From Chloroflexota bacterium (lineage in GTDB: Bacteria > Chloroflexota > Anaerolineae > Aggregatilineales > UBA3940): a stretch of DNA of 52,862 nt. Below the pieces are notes generated by a model. It worked only from the letters and a program-made list of their open reading frames with translations, was not told where the DNA came from and did no database searches. Positions 9,627-19,386 of the stretch are shown in pieces. The DNA is taken from contig JAADYZ010000093.1 in the NCBI GenBank assembly GCA_010092775.1, positions 1 to 52,862 on the forward strand, given 5' to 3'. The translations under genes and the position numbers were made by a program. Positions within the stretch are counted from its first letter, which is position 1; every line of letters begins with the position of its first letter.

Positions 9627-11594
9627 TTATGTATCCTTCCAAGGCAAACGATAGCTAGGCGTATTTATGAAACGTTTCATGTCGATGCGCAGATCGATTT
9701 GATGACCAGCGGGGAGATCAACCTGGAAATGGATGTCATTCACCTGAATGGTCTTCATTTCAACGGAGGCTTGATGTACTCTTACAATGCCCCGTGGTCC
9801 GGGATATCTATCATCGCTGCTGAAGGAATACGCAACCGACATGAAGCGATGCTCGCCAAACGCTCCTGCCTGGAGAATCAGCGAGCGCGACTCCACATGA
9901 TGCAAATTGAGCAAGCTCAGACTGATGCCATCGACATCAACTTGGTGAACGAGAGCAGCCACGTCAGAGGGCAGTCCAGGTCGCTGTGCATTCTCATCAA
10001 AATAGCGCACCTGGCAATGTAGTAATCCGCCATTATAAAGTGGGGCTGGCGCACCAAGCGTCAATTGGACCAAAGCTTCCGCCGTCAATGGCGAGATTTC
10101 CTGCCAATGATGGATGGCCACGGGAATCTCATTAGGTGGGGTCAGAGACAAATCGGCTTCATCTTGGAGGATTTGTTCTAGCCGCTGGTAGATCACTCCG
10201 ATACTTTGCTGCAAGATAGCTTCTGGATATGTGGGGTTCTCCCCAACGATAAACCGCAGCCAAGGCGCTTCATGACCGGCGTCTTCCTTTGCGTAAAAGG
10301 GAAGTACCTCACGCCAATCGAAGGTGTCTTGCTCACGTAGATGTTCAATACGCTGCCAATCGCCCTCATTGAGGGTGACGTTCCAGATTGCCGTCGGATA
10401 GGTAGCCAGCAAGGGCTGATAATCGAACCAACTCTCCCCATTGAAACGATAAGGGACAAGAAATAGGCTCCCATCTTCATTCTGTGAAGCAGGGACCTGT
10501 GGCAGTAAATGGGCTGCTAAAGACATCTGAGTCGGCTCCGGCACTCGTCGCTCACCCTTGGATATGATCGGGTCGAGTTGTTGACGTGGCAGGTCAAGAT
10601 AGGCGTCATCTTGGGAGATAAGGTAAGCATTGGCGGCACTCACAATCGCCGACTGAGCAATATTATAGAGGCCATGTGGCCATACCCACCCGTACGAACC
10701 GCCGTACCAGCGTCCGGCCAGGTCCTCACCAACCTGCCCAGACAGCCCGACATTGTCGGGCAGCAGCCCACCATTCTGATTGGCCCGTTCGATCCACCCA
10801 TCGACATACTGGAGCACCCAATCCTTGTATTGATCCGCACCAGTGATCAGGTAAGCATTGGTGACAAGGCTGGTGGCCAACAGATTGCAGATGGCATCGC
10901 CACGCCCCATGCGTTCGTTCATGGCCTCACCCATTCGGCGCCCGAGCTCTTCATTGCCGAGCAAATCTTCGAAGCGCTCGATGCCAGGCACATCATGATA
11001 CGGCAAGCCATAAACGGCCATCTCGGCCGGCCAATGAGCGACGGCGTAATAAGGGTCTCCATCAACGAAGCCCCAGCGCGGTCCCCGACTGCCATTGTGC
11101 GGGGCTCGAATGATATTTAAATCTGGATCGTAGTTGGAAGCGTCAGGGTCGTCACCGATGAAAAAACCCGCAAACCGCTTAGCCCGATCAATCAAGCCAG
11201 GGTTGTTCGGGTCTGCTAGGCACAGATAGTAGAAAGCTAGATTACTTTCAGCCTGATGGAATTGATCGTAACCGATTTCGTATTCACGGTCGAGCATGCC
11301 CAATTCAGTGAGCTGTTGTGTGATGGCATCCCAGTGATCATGGGCGCGCTCAAGTAGGTCATCCCGACCACCCAGCAGATAGAGAAGAGGTAGGTGGTAA
11401 ATGCTTTCATAAAAATCATCGGAGCCATCACGAGAGGGAATCGGCAAGTCCCAGTCTAGACTGCCATCATCACGTGTGTACTTAGCGAGAAATACATCAA
11501 CAGCTTCATTAAGAAGTTCAATTAACTCACGTTCGAGAATTGCCCATGTGGGGGGCAGTACGATGGGGACACTCGCTTCGATCCGCTCCATCAC
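9627..11594 (-). CDS. Uncharacterised 655-aa protein. Coding status is firm, function unknown. It could be a carbohydrate-active enzyme.
   Basis: Uninterrupted ORF. Its stop is 1 nt from the rhaM start and its start is 9 nt after the stop of the RraA-like gene. No signal peptide and no motif I can place. Confidence 0.6.
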   Translation of the reverse strand: MMERIEASVPIVLPPTWAILERELIELLNEAVDVFLAKYTRDDGSLDWDLPIPSRDGSDDFYESIYHLPLLYLLGGRDDLLERAHDHWDAITQQLTELGMLDREYEIGYDQFHQAESNLAFYYLCLADPNNPGLIDRAKRFAGFFIGDDPDASNYDPDLNIIRAPHNGSRGPRWGFVDGDPYYAVAHWPAEMAVYGLPYHDVPGIERFEDLLGNEELGRRMGEAMNERMGRGDAICNLLATSLVTNAYLITGADQYKDWVLQYVDGWIERANQNGGLLPDNVGLSGQVGEDLAGRWYGGSYGWVWPHGLYNIAQSAIVSAANAYLISQDDAYLDLPRQQLDPIISKGERRVPEPTQMSLAAHLLPQVPASQNEDGSLFLVPYRFNGESWFDYQPLLATYPTAIWNVTLNEGDWQRIEHLREQDTFDWREVLPFYAKEDAGHEAPWLRFIVGENPTYPEAILQQSIGVIYQRLEQILQDEADLSLTPPNEIPVAIHHWQEISPLTAEALVQLTLGAPAPLYNGGLLHCQVRYFDENAQRPGLPSDVAALVHQVDVDGISLSLLNLHHVESRSLILQAGAFGEHRFMSVAYSFSSDDRYPGPRGIVRVHQASVEMKTIQVNDIHFQVDLPAGHQIDLRIDMKRFINTPSYRLPWKDT

Positions 11595-11603
11595 GGCTTC
11601 TTT

Positions 11604-12383
11604 CTAGGAATTGTCTTGTTCAGCGCGCCAGGCCTCATATTCCTGTTGGCCCTCTTCGCTCAGAGGATAATACGTCCAGATTGGCCCACCCTCGGCCAAT
11701 TTCATGCGGCTGAAGGCTTCCCAATCCTCATGCTCACGGGTCTCTTCAAGTACGAGTTCCGCTAATTGGACTGGCACAACCACCGCTCCATCATCGTCAG
11801 CGATGATGATGTCTCCAGGCAGCACCAACGATTGCGAACAGGCAATCGGCACATTATAGGCCCAGGGATATAAACGTGCTTGCGAGGAATAGTTCGGGGT
11901 GACGCCACGGACCCAAAGCGGTATGTCGATCTCTTTGACCTTTGGCCAGTCCCGAACAGCGCCATCAACGACCAATCCGATACCGCCTCGTCCCTTGAGG
12001 TAGGTAATCAGCATCTCGCCCAGGCACCCCGTATTCGGATCGCCATAGGCTTGGACAGCCAGGATGTCACCTGCTTCGATGTGATCCAAGACATGCCAGA
12101 GGGCACTAGTCCGCTCAATATATTCTTGATTCATGCCTGAAGCAACATCTTCGCGCTGCGGCATGAACTGTAATGTCACCGCTGGTCCTACCACTTTAGC
12201 ACCTGGCTTGCGCGAAATCGGCCCCTGAATGAACGTTCGCTGAACGCCCATTTTGTGCAAGATGGCACTTGCGGTAGCGGAACTCACACCATAAAGTTGG
12301 CGAGTTAAGTCCGGGGAGGGCCTTTGGATGTCCTTACCATGGATTGGAAGAGAGATATCAGGCGATGGAATTGACTGAAGCAT
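11604..12383 (-). CDS. RraA / HMG-CHA-aldolase-fold family protein
   Basis: RraA-like core: ASAILHKMGV...GDILAVQAYGD...GEMLITYLKGRGGIGLVVDGAVRD...PGDIIIADDDGAVVVP. Start trimmed to ATG 12383, because the longer ORF would run through the promoter region. Confidence 0.7.
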   Translation of the reverse strand: MLQSIPSPDISLPIHGKDIQRPSPDLTRQLYGVSSATASAILHKMGVQRTFIQGPISRKPGAKVVGPAVTLQFMPQREDVASGMNQEYIERTSALWHVLDHIEAGDILAVQAYGDPNTGCLGEMLITYLKGRGGIGLVVDGAVRDWPKVKEIDIPLWVRGVTPNYSSQARLYPWAYNVPIACSQSLVLPGDIIIADDDGAVVVPVQLAELVLEETREHEDWEAFSRMKLAEGGPIWTYYPLSEEGQQEYEAWRAEQDNS

Positions 12384-12417
12384 GGAGGCCACTTTCGGAA
12401 AAAGGGGTTTTCCCCAC

Positions 12418-12445
12418 TTGACAAAAAGGCACAAACGCCTAAAAT
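12418..12445 (+). promoter_or_regulatory. Sigma70-like promoter for the plus-strand ABC/araBD operon
   Basis: TTGACA (12418-12423), 16 nt spacer, TAAAAT (12440-12445), read directly from the sequence. Confidence 0.55.
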
Positions 12446-12446
12446 G

Positions 12447-12476
12447 ATTATAGATTGGTAGTACCAATATGGTCAA
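12447..12476 (-). promoter_or_regulatory. Sigma70-like promoter for the minus-strand RraA...lutABC operon
   Basis: The minus strand reads TTGACC (12476-12471), 18 nt spacer, TATAAT (12452-12447). Confidence 0.55.
12454..12468. promoter_or_regulatory. Perfect 7-1-7 palindromic operator ATTGGTAGTACCAAT (predicted FadR-type GntR site)
   Basis: Perfect inverted repeat. It lies in the spacer of the minus promoter and 8 nt downstream of the plus -10. An identical copy is at 31550-31564. Confidence 0.6.
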
Positions 12477-12597
12477 GTATCTGAGCGGAACGGGACCAAT
12501 CCGGCACTGCCAGGGAATCAGCCTGACGATTTCCTCACTAAATCTCTTCACAAGTCTACATCATCGATCCACTCGATAAACATAGCCGGATAAATCA

Positions 12598-13584
12598 ATG
12601 GATGAATCTCAATCAATTTCAGCTACCAGCCAAGCCGCAATTAGTCCACCTCTAGTTGCCAACGAGACGCGCAAAAATAGGCGCGAAAAAGTTGGCGATA
12701 CATTGACCTTCTTCCTTATGGCCTTCCCGGCGTTGTTTTTCCTATTGATCTTCAACTATCTGCCGATGGTGGGATTGGTCATTGCGTTCCAGCGTTTCCG
12801 ATTTCAAGAGGGAATTTTCGGGAGTGAGTGGGTTGGTTTTCAGAACTTCGAGTTCTTGTTCTCTCCGACCAGCGGTGTTCGCATCACCGTGAATACATTG
12901 GGATTGAACGCCCTCTTCATTTTCACCACGTTGGTTGCATCTCTATTTGTGGCCATTATGTTGAATGAAGTGCGCGAAAGTCTTGTGCAGCGCTTTTACC
13001 AACTCAGCTTGTTCTTCCCTTACTTCATATCATGGATCATAGCGGGCTATTTCGTCTTTGCCCTGCTCAACACCAACGATGGTCTTGTCAACCAGATGTT
13101 GGTCTCACTCGGATATGAACCCATACGATGGTATAGCTCGCCGGAGTATTGGCCAGCCATCTTAACGCTAACGAACTTGTGGAAGCAGATCGGATTCTGG
13201 AGCATTGTCTATCTGGCTGGCATCCTGGGCATCAACCCGGAGCTGTACGAGGTGTCTCAGATTGACGGGGCAAACAAGCTCCAGCAAGTATTCCGTATCA
13301 CAATCCCGATGCTATCCTCGCTCATCATTATCAACGTGCTGCTCTCCGTAGGGCGCATTTTCTACGCGGATTTCGGGTTGTTCTTCCATGTTCCACGTGA
13401 CAGTGGGCTGTTGTATCCGACCACCGATGTGATTGATACTTTCGTCTATCGTGCGTTGCGCCAAACTGGCGACATCGGCATGGCCGCTGCCGCTGGCTTC
13501 TATCAGGCGATTGTCGGCTTCGTCCTTGTTTTAATCAGTAACTGGATCGTTCGTCAGGTTGATCCTGAACAGGCGTTGTTCTAA
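12598..13584 (+). CDS. Sugar ABC transporter permease (LplB/MalF-like)
   Basis: Multi-TM hydrophobic profile. EAA-loop-like YEVSQIDGANKLQQVFRITIPML. Confidence 0.9.
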   Translation: MDESQSISATSQAAISPPLVANETRKNRREKVGDTLTFFLMAFPALFFLLIFNYLPMVGLVIAFQRFRFQEGIFGSEWVGFQNFEFLFSPTSGVRITVNTLGLNALFIFTTLVASLFVAIMLNEVRESLVQRFYQLSLFFPYFISWIIAGYFVFALLNTNDGLVNQMLVSLGYEPIRWYSSPEYWPAILTLTNLWKQIGFWSIVYLAGILGINPELYEVSQIDGANKLQQVFRITIPMLSSLIIINVLLSVGRIFYADFGLFFHVPRDSGLLYPTTDVIDTFVYRALRQTGDIGMAAAAGFYQAIVGFVLVLISNWIVRQVDPEQALF

Positions 13585-13593
13585 GGACCCACC

Positions 13594-14472
13594 ATGCAAC
13601 TCTCTAGACCTATTCGCCGCTTTGTCGATAACTCCATCGTTCATCTGATCATGTTATTGATCAGCCTGGGGATGCTCATTCCGATGCTTTTGATTTTGTC
13701 GGCGTCATTTTCTTCTGAAGCCGCCCTATCGGAATATGGCTACCGGCTTATTCCTGTTGAATGGAGCCTGGAAGCATACCAGTTTATTTTGCGCGCGCCA
13801 GAGCGCATCATCCGCGCCTACGGTGTGACGATCTTCGTGACCGTGTTCGGAAGCGCGTTTAGCCTATTCATCACGTCCTTGGTAGCATACGCTATCGCGC
13901 GCAAGACATTTCGCTTCCGGAATGTTGTGGCCTTTGTCGTGTTCTTTACGATGCTTTTCAACGGTGGCTTGGTACCTTGGTATATCATGATTACCCGTTA
14001 CCTGGACCTCCGCAACACAATCTGGGTCCTGATCTTGCCTTATGCGGTCATTCCCTGGTTTGTCTTGCTGCTCCGTACCTACTTCGCCCGCCTGCCGGAG
14101 GAAATCCTGGACGCCGCGCGCGTTGATGGGGCGAACGAGTGGCAGGTCTTCTTCCGGATTGTTATGCCGATGTCCACCCCCGCCCTGGCGACGATTGGCC
14201 TGTTCCTGATGTTGATGTACTGGAACGACTGGTGGTTGGGGCTTCTTTTCATAGATGACCCTGATCTGATGCCGTTGCAACTCTTGTTGTACAACATCCA
14301 GAACAACATTAGCTATCTCCGCTCCAACACCATGACGCGCAATATCGTTATCCCGGCGCAGTCCGTGCGCATGGCACTTGCCATCGTGGCAATGGGGCCT
14401 GCCGTGTTCCTGGCATTGTTCTTCCAGAAATACTTCGTAAGTGGTATCACGCTGGGGGCACTTAAAGACTAG
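13594..14472 (+). CDS. Sugar ABC transporter permease (LplC/MalG-like)
   Basis: Multi-TM profile. EAA-loop-like LDAARVDGANEWQVFFRIVMPM. Confidence 0.9.
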   Translation: MQLSRPIRRFVDNSIVHLIMLLISLGMLIPMLLILSASFSSEAALSEYGYRLIPVEWSLEAYQFILRAPERIIRAYGVTIFVTVFGSAFSLFITSLVAYAIARKTFRFRNVVAFVVFFTMLFNGGLVPWYIMITRYLDLRNTIWVLILPYAVIPWFVLLLRTYFARLPEEILDAARVDGANEWQVFFRIVMPMSTPALATIGLFLMLMYWNDWWLGLLFIDDPDLMPLQLLLYNIQNNISYLRSNTMTRNIVIPAQSVRMALAIVAMGPAVFLALFFQKYFVSGITLGALKD

Positions 14473-14588
14473 GTACTGGACCGTTCCATGAGCGGTATTC
14501 AGCACACTGTTGGGGCTGTCTTGGCTCCAACGGCATATTCTGTCCGAACGACCTATGCCTAATTGAGACATGCAGGAGGAAAGAACGA

Positions 14589-16106
14589 ATGAAAGTGCGT
14601 TTAACGCTTCTCATGCTGCTACTTGCAGCCCTGATGGTGGCCTGTGCCCCAGCAGATGACGGCGGCTCAGATGGTGACGCTAATACCTCTGACGCTGGCG
14701 AAAGCGATGCTGGTGAGGACACCGAAGTTGTCGAGATCAGCTATATGTATCCCGGCACTGTGCCGGACGAAGTCGACCTCGTCGAGGAGAACCTGAACGA
14801 AATCCTGGTCGAGCGCATCAACACCCGTGTTGATCTGCAACCGTTGGATTGGGGTCAGTTTGATGAACGTGCCACTCTGATGCTCACTACTGGTGAACAG
14901 TGTGACATCGTGTTCACCGCCAACTGGCTGAACAACTACTGGCAGCGCGTCAACCAGGGGTCCTTCATCCCGCTGGATGACTTGCTGGATGAACATGCCC
15001 CTGAGACTCGCTCGGCCATGGCTGAGCAGTTCTGGGATGCGGTGCGCGTTAATGGTGAGATTTATGGTGTGCCCAATCGGCAAATCTGGACGCGTTCCTA
15101 TGGTGTGGTGGTCGATCAGACTCTGGCCGATCAAGTTGGCTTTGATACCGGCGCAGTCGATGAGCTGGGCGATCTAGAGCCTTACTTAGAAGCGGTCGTC
15201 GATGAGGTCGACATCCCCCCGATTTACACTGATGACCTCACGCTCTACTATCTCGCTTACGCCGAGTTTGGTGGCTATGATCCACAGTTGCTTACCCCCT
15301 ATGTGGTGGTGAAAGCTGATGACCCCAATCGTCAGGCGGTCAACTTTGCCGAAACACCTGAGTTCGAAGAGTTGGTCACCTTGGCTTACAACTGGAACCA
15401 GGCTGGTTATATGGCGCCAGAGCCGCCGCCAGCAGATGTGGTCTTCAATGACTTCCTGATGGGCAACTACCCATTCGTCGTGGATGTTGTCACGAGCTTC
15501 ACTGATGAAAGCTATGAAAGCCTCTACAGCATGGAGGAGGCAACGGCAATTCAACTGGTTGATCCGTTTGTTTCAACCAACGCAGCAACTGGCACGATCA
15601 GTTCAATCTGCTCAACGTCTGAGCACCCGGAACAAGCGATGCAATTCATCAACCTGATGAATACCGACCCAGAAGTTTTCAACATCGTCGCCTATGGCGT
15701 TGAAGGTGTTCACTGGAACTGGATAGATGAAGAGAACCTGGTTATCGAGCAGACCGAACAAGGTTTGAACGGCTACAACCCTTCGGCAAACTGGGTCTTC
15801 GGCAACTCCTTCCTGGGGTACATGCCTAATCCAGCATTGGCTGGGTCAAATGAAGACGCCCAAGCACAAAACGACGCGGCATTTGCCTCTTCGGTACTTG
15901 GTTTTGCCGTCGACACTGAACCGATCAACACTGAAATCGCACAGGTCCAGGCCGTCATTGATGAGTTCGGCGGTCCATTGACCTACGGTCTAGTGGAGCC
16001 GACTGAAGGCATCCCCGAATTGGTCGAGCGGATGAACGAAGCTGGGATGCAAACTATCCTGGAAGAAGTTCAGCGCCAGATTGATGAATGGGCGGCCAGC
16101 CGCTAA
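14589..16106 (+). CDS. Extracellular solute-binding lipoprotein (LplA-like, family 1 SBP)
   Basis: Signal/lipobox MKVRLTLLMLLLAALMVAC followed by an acidic low-complexity linker. 505 aa. AGGAGG lies upstream of the start. Confidence 0.85.
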   Translation: MKVRLTLLMLLLAALMVACAPADDGGSDGDANTSDAGESDAGEDTEVVEISYMYPGTVPDEVDLVEENLNEILVERINTRVDLQPLDWGQFDERATLMLTTGEQCDIVFTANWLNNYWQRVNQGSFIPLDDLLDEHAPETRSAMAEQFWDAVRVNGEIYGVPNRQIWTRSYGVVVDQTLADQVGFDTGAVDELGDLEPYLEAVVDEVDIPPIYTDDLTLYYLAYAEFGGYDPQLLTPYVVVKADDPNRQAVNFAETPEFEELVTLAYNWNQAGYMAPEPPPADVVFNDFLMGNYPFVVDVVTSFTDESYESLYSMEEATAIQLVDPFVSTNAATGTISSICSTSEHPEQAMQFINLMNTDPEVFNIVAYGVEGVHWNWIDEENLVIEQTEQGLNGYNPSANWVFGNSFLGYMPNPALAGSNEDAQAQNDAAFASSVLGFAVDTEPINTEIAQVQAVIDEFGGPLTYGLVEPTEGIPELVERMNEAGMQTILEEVQRQIDEWAASR

Positions 16107-16120
16107 GACTTGAGTTCTAA

Positions 16121-16151
16121 AAGGGGCATGGTGGAGTTCACTATGCCCCTT
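16121..16151 (+). terminator. Stem-loop directly after the SBP gene (possible partial terminator or attenuator)
   Basis: AAGGGGCAT, 13 nt loop, ATGCCCCTT (9-bp perfect stem). A T-rich stretch (CCTTTTCGTTTTG) follows a few nt downstream. Confidence 0.45.
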
Positions 16152-16234
16152 AGCCGTAGTCCTTTTCGTTTTGCTCTAGCATCGTTGCTAACTTGGCCTG
16201 GCAGCTTCATTGCCAGTATGAAAGATGGGTGCTC

Positions 16235-18385
16235 ATGCAACTCTCGATGAACAATGGCATAACTATCGAACTCGATGAAACGATTGGCTTGCCGACCTTG
16301 ATCCGATTTGGCAAGGGCAGTGTCCATTTTCGAGCTAAGGTGCAGATGCCCTCACTATCCCTCTTATTGGCAGCCCCCGCTACGATTGCTGAAAACAGCT
16401 ACTACAATGCGTACAAAACCATTCGCAGCCCGCTCCAAGGTGGCACCATACGAGAGAGTGTACGCACACAATTGGTAGGCGGTGAGCAAATTGAGATCAC
16501 GGTTGAGTTTAAAGATTTCATCCTGATCCATCGTTATCAGGTCACGTTCGACAATGATCTGGTTAGCTACACACACCCGATATTGATAAACAAAGGCGAG
16601 CAACCCGCCCACATTCTGGGCATCTCACTGATCTTACCAGTTGCTAGGGTGGAGGATGAGCAGGGGCAAAACGTCACTGTCGTTCACGAGTCACGCTATC
16701 ACGAGTCTGTCGACGTGTTCAAAGGTGAGGGTTTGCATCTACTCGGCTTTGCCCTGGGTACGGAGGAGTACGCTTTATTGCAGCCGATTGTACCCGAAAC
16801 GAAGCAGTCGATTGTGGTGGATTTCTTGCCCGGTGGATTTCTTGCCCCTGGTGGTCGTTGGGAAATCGGTTGCGAACTCACTTTGATCCTTGCCCCAACC
16901 GAGGAAGGCCCGGCACATCAGCACATTCAAGACATCTTTCTTGATCGAGGTATGGCTTCCGCCGCTGGAAATGATTCTTGGCTCAGTTATGGCACAATTT
17001 ACGAAACCTTTATCGGCTTATGGCCAGCCAGTGAAGATGGCCATACCTACTCGCCCTATTCCACGATGGCCGAACTGATCGGCGACTTGCCGCGTCTACG
17101 TGATGGGGGCTACGACACCGTCTACCTGATGCCCACACACCCATTTCCTGGCTATTCCGTGCTGGACTACCAAAATCTTGATGACGAGTATGGAGACAGT
17201 GAACCAGGTAGCATGAAGGCGCTCTGCCAGGCTGCTCATGCGCTGGGTATGCGAGTCATTGTGGACATGATCATGCACGGCGTGCTGGATCGCGAGGCGC
17301 TGGATCGTTTCAAAGTCATCCTGGATGCCGTTTATCCAACGGGCGAACCCGACCTCTACATTTATTTTGCCCTGCATATGCCCTATTGGGATACGCAGGT
17401 GCCTGAGGTTCACCCGTTTTACCTTGAACATCCAGAGTGGTTTTCCCACGATCATGAGGGTAACCCGCTTTTTAGCTACACACGGGCCTTCGACCTGGGG
17501 CATCCAGGTTTCCAACGCTTCTTCATTGATGCTCACCTTGCGATGATCCGCGATTACGATATTGATGGCTTTCGCATCGATGCACCCAACTGGAATCTGT
17601 TCCTGCACGGTTGGACGCGGGACGGTATAGCACGCCCCAGTTATTCATCCTTGGCAGCAGACACGATATTGAGGCGGCTGTACAGGGAAGCCAGCATCAT
17701 CAAGCCAGACGTGGGCTTTTTTGTAGAAACCATCCTACCGGAATACCAAGGTTCAGGGCATATCGTTTACGCGTATGACCACCACTTTGCACTCAAGGAC
17801 CTTGCGCACGGCAAGCTAAGCGGTCGTGAGGCTGCAAACATTTTCCAAGAGTTGGCTCTCCTGCGTCTGCCAGGTGTCAAAACAACCTATTTCACCGACG
17901 GGCACGACACGTATTGGCAGGATTTTGCGGGTAGACATTGGTGGCATGAGCGTCACCCTCTCCCTTTAGTTAAGGCAGCGATGGCCATTGTCTGTCTGAG
18001 TGAAGGGGCGGTGATGCACTTCGACGGGCGCAACCCCGAGGTGCAAGCCTGGATGAAAACTCTGCTCAACTTGCGGCGCGAGCATCGCGTTCTGCGGTCA
18101 GGCTCTGGGGCGTTCATCCCGCAGGCCGTTGACCATGAGCAAGTTTTCGCGATACGACGTGTCTCAGACCACGCAGAAGCATTCATAGTCATCAGCTTCG
18201 CAGACGCCCCAATCACCTTCACTCTTGATGTGCGCGCTGATCGTATGAGTGGGGCATGGTCACCTTGGACTCCATTAATGAACCAAGCCACTGACCTAAA
18301 GACTCAAGAAGACCACCTGACTCTGAGCCTACTGCCCTATGGTGTTGAGGTATTTATGCGCCGACGCGCCAACACGGCAAGCTAA
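16235..18385 (+). CDS. GH13-like (alpha-amylase superfamily) enzyme with an unassigned ~270-aa N-terminal region
   Basis: GH13 conserved regions: VIVDMIMHG (I, atypical), IDGFRIDAPNW (II, nucleophile Asp), GFFVETI (III, acid/base Glu), YFTDGHD (IV). No signal peptide. The start is uncertain: ATG 16235, with alternatives at 16193 and 16247. Confidence 0.7.
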   Translation: MQLSMNNGITIELDETIGLPTLIRFGKGSVHFRAKVQMPSLSLLLAAPATIAENSYYNAYKTIRSPLQGGTIRESVRTQLVGGEQIEITVEFKDFILIHRYQVTFDNDLVSYTHPILINKGEQPAHILGISLILPVARVEDEQGQNVTVVHESRYHESVDVFKGEGLHLLGFALGTEEYALLQPIVPETKQSIVVDFLPGGFLAPGGRWEIGCELTLILAPTEEGPAHQHIQDIFLDRGMASAAGNDSWLSYGTIYETFIGLWPASEDGHTYSPYSTMAELIGDLPRLRDGGYDTVYLMPTHPFPGYSVLDYQNLDDEYGDSEPGSMKALCQAAHALGMRVIVDMIMHGVLDREALDRFKVILDAVYPTGEPDLYIYFALHMPYWDTQVPEVHPFYLEHPEWFSHDHEGNPLFSYTRAFDLGHPGFQRFFIDAHLAMIRDYDIDGFRIDAPNWNLFLHGWTRDGIARPSYSSLAADTILRRLYREASIIKPDVGFFVETILPEYQGSGHIVYAYDHHFALKDLAHGKLSGREAANIFQELALLRLPGVKTTYFTDGHDTYWQDFAGRHWWHERHPLPLVKAAMAIVCLSEGAVMHFDGRNPEVQAWMKTLLNLRREHRVLRSGSGAFIPQAVDHEQVFAIRRVSDHAEAFIVISFADAPITFTLDVRADRMSGAWSPWTPLMNQATDLKTQEDHLTLSLLPYGVEVFMRRRANTAS

Positions 18386-18421
18386 CCGATTGTGTTTCAT
18401 TCGTACCAGAACGAGAAGGAT

Positions 18422-19369
18422 ATGAGCAAACAAACCTACGAAGTCAAGAATGATCAGATCCGAAATACTTTCGAGACATTGAAGCAAGAGCAGCCCGGCC
18501 GGCTCGAACGGCGCCTAACGCTCTCCTGGAGCAATTGGGGCTTTGGCATCGAACCGCTGGCGACTTCGGTCAAGCGCCTGGCTGACGCAGGTGTCACTTA
18601 TATTGAATTGCATGGCAATCACTATGGCCCCGGTCTCGGCTACGACGTGAGCGAAACCCGAAGCATCCTGGAAGATCACGGCATGCAAGTCTCTGGAGTT
18701 TGTGGAATGTACTCACCAGACAACGATCTGAGCAGCAATCGTGGCATTCAGCGCCAGGCTGCTTTGGACTACATCAAACGTGAACTCGACTTCACACAGG
18801 AGATGGGTGGTGGCTATCTGCTCGTGGTGCCTGCTGCTGTCGGACGTCCCAACGCCTATGATGACACCGAGTTTGCGCGCAGCGTTGATACCTTGCGGCG
18901 AGCTGGCGACTGGTTCGTTGAAGCTGGCGTGAAGGGCGCAGTCGAGCCGATTCGATCTGCGGAGGTCAGTCTGGTGCACACCGTCAGCGATGCTCAGCGC
19001 TATATTGAGGCTCTCAACCATCCTGGCGTCCAGCACATCAACGGAGATGTCTACCATATGCAGAGCGAAGAAGCGCATATCGGCGAGGCGCTCATGCAAG
19101 CCGGGCAGCAGTTGATCAATCTACATATGGCAGACAGCAACCGGCGCGCTCTTGGAGAGGGGGCAATGGACCTCGACACGATTATCATGGCCTTATATAT
19201 CATTGGCTTCAATGCGCCAGGGTGTTTTGTGACGCCCGAACCTCTGGGGCCAGGCGGCGATCCCTACCCGGCGATGCATGGTCGGCCTGTCCCGGCTGAG
19301 TTGGATCACATGGTCCAGATGAGCGTCAGAACCTTGCGTGAGCGTGAAGCGGCATTGATCGAAGGTTGA
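18422..19369 (+). CDS. Xylose-isomerase-like TIM-barrel protein, ketose 3-epimerase-like
   Basis: It aligns by eye with D-psicose/D-tagatose 3-epimerases and keeps the four metal ligands: AVEPIRSAE, NGDVYHMQSEE, NLHMADSNRR, VTPEP. Start is ATG 18422 (alternative GTG 18392). Confidence 0.65.
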   Translation: MSKQTYEVKNDQIRNTFETLKQEQPGRLERRLTLSWSNWGFGIEPLATSVKRLADAGVTYIELHGNHYGPGLGYDVSETRSILEDHGMQVSGVCGMYSPDNDLSSNRGIQRQAALDYIKRELDFTQEMGGGYLLVVPAAVGRPNAYDDTEFARSVDTLRRAGDWFVEAGVKGAVEPIRSAEVSLVHTVSDAQRYIEALNHPGVQHINGDVYHMQSEEAHIGEALMQAGQQLINLHMADSNRRALGEGAMDLDTIIMALYIIGFNAPGCFVTPEPLGPGGDPYPAMHGRPVPAELDHMVQMSVRTLREREAALIEG

Positions 19370-19386
19370 GAGAAAGGATAATTCGT

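Noticed and set aside
13864-14571. 235-aa minus-strand ORF, plus many similar 60-230-aa ORFs antisense to large genes (for example 10578-11120, 34313-35002, 17096-17608, 7551-8015, 1435-1887, 14667-15134).
   Set aside because: They lie entirely inside, and antisense to, genes with clear family motifs. Their composition is Arg/Pro/Gly/Ser-rich and low in complexity, which is typical of shadow frames in GC-rich coding DNA. None has a recognisable motif or ribosome-binding site.
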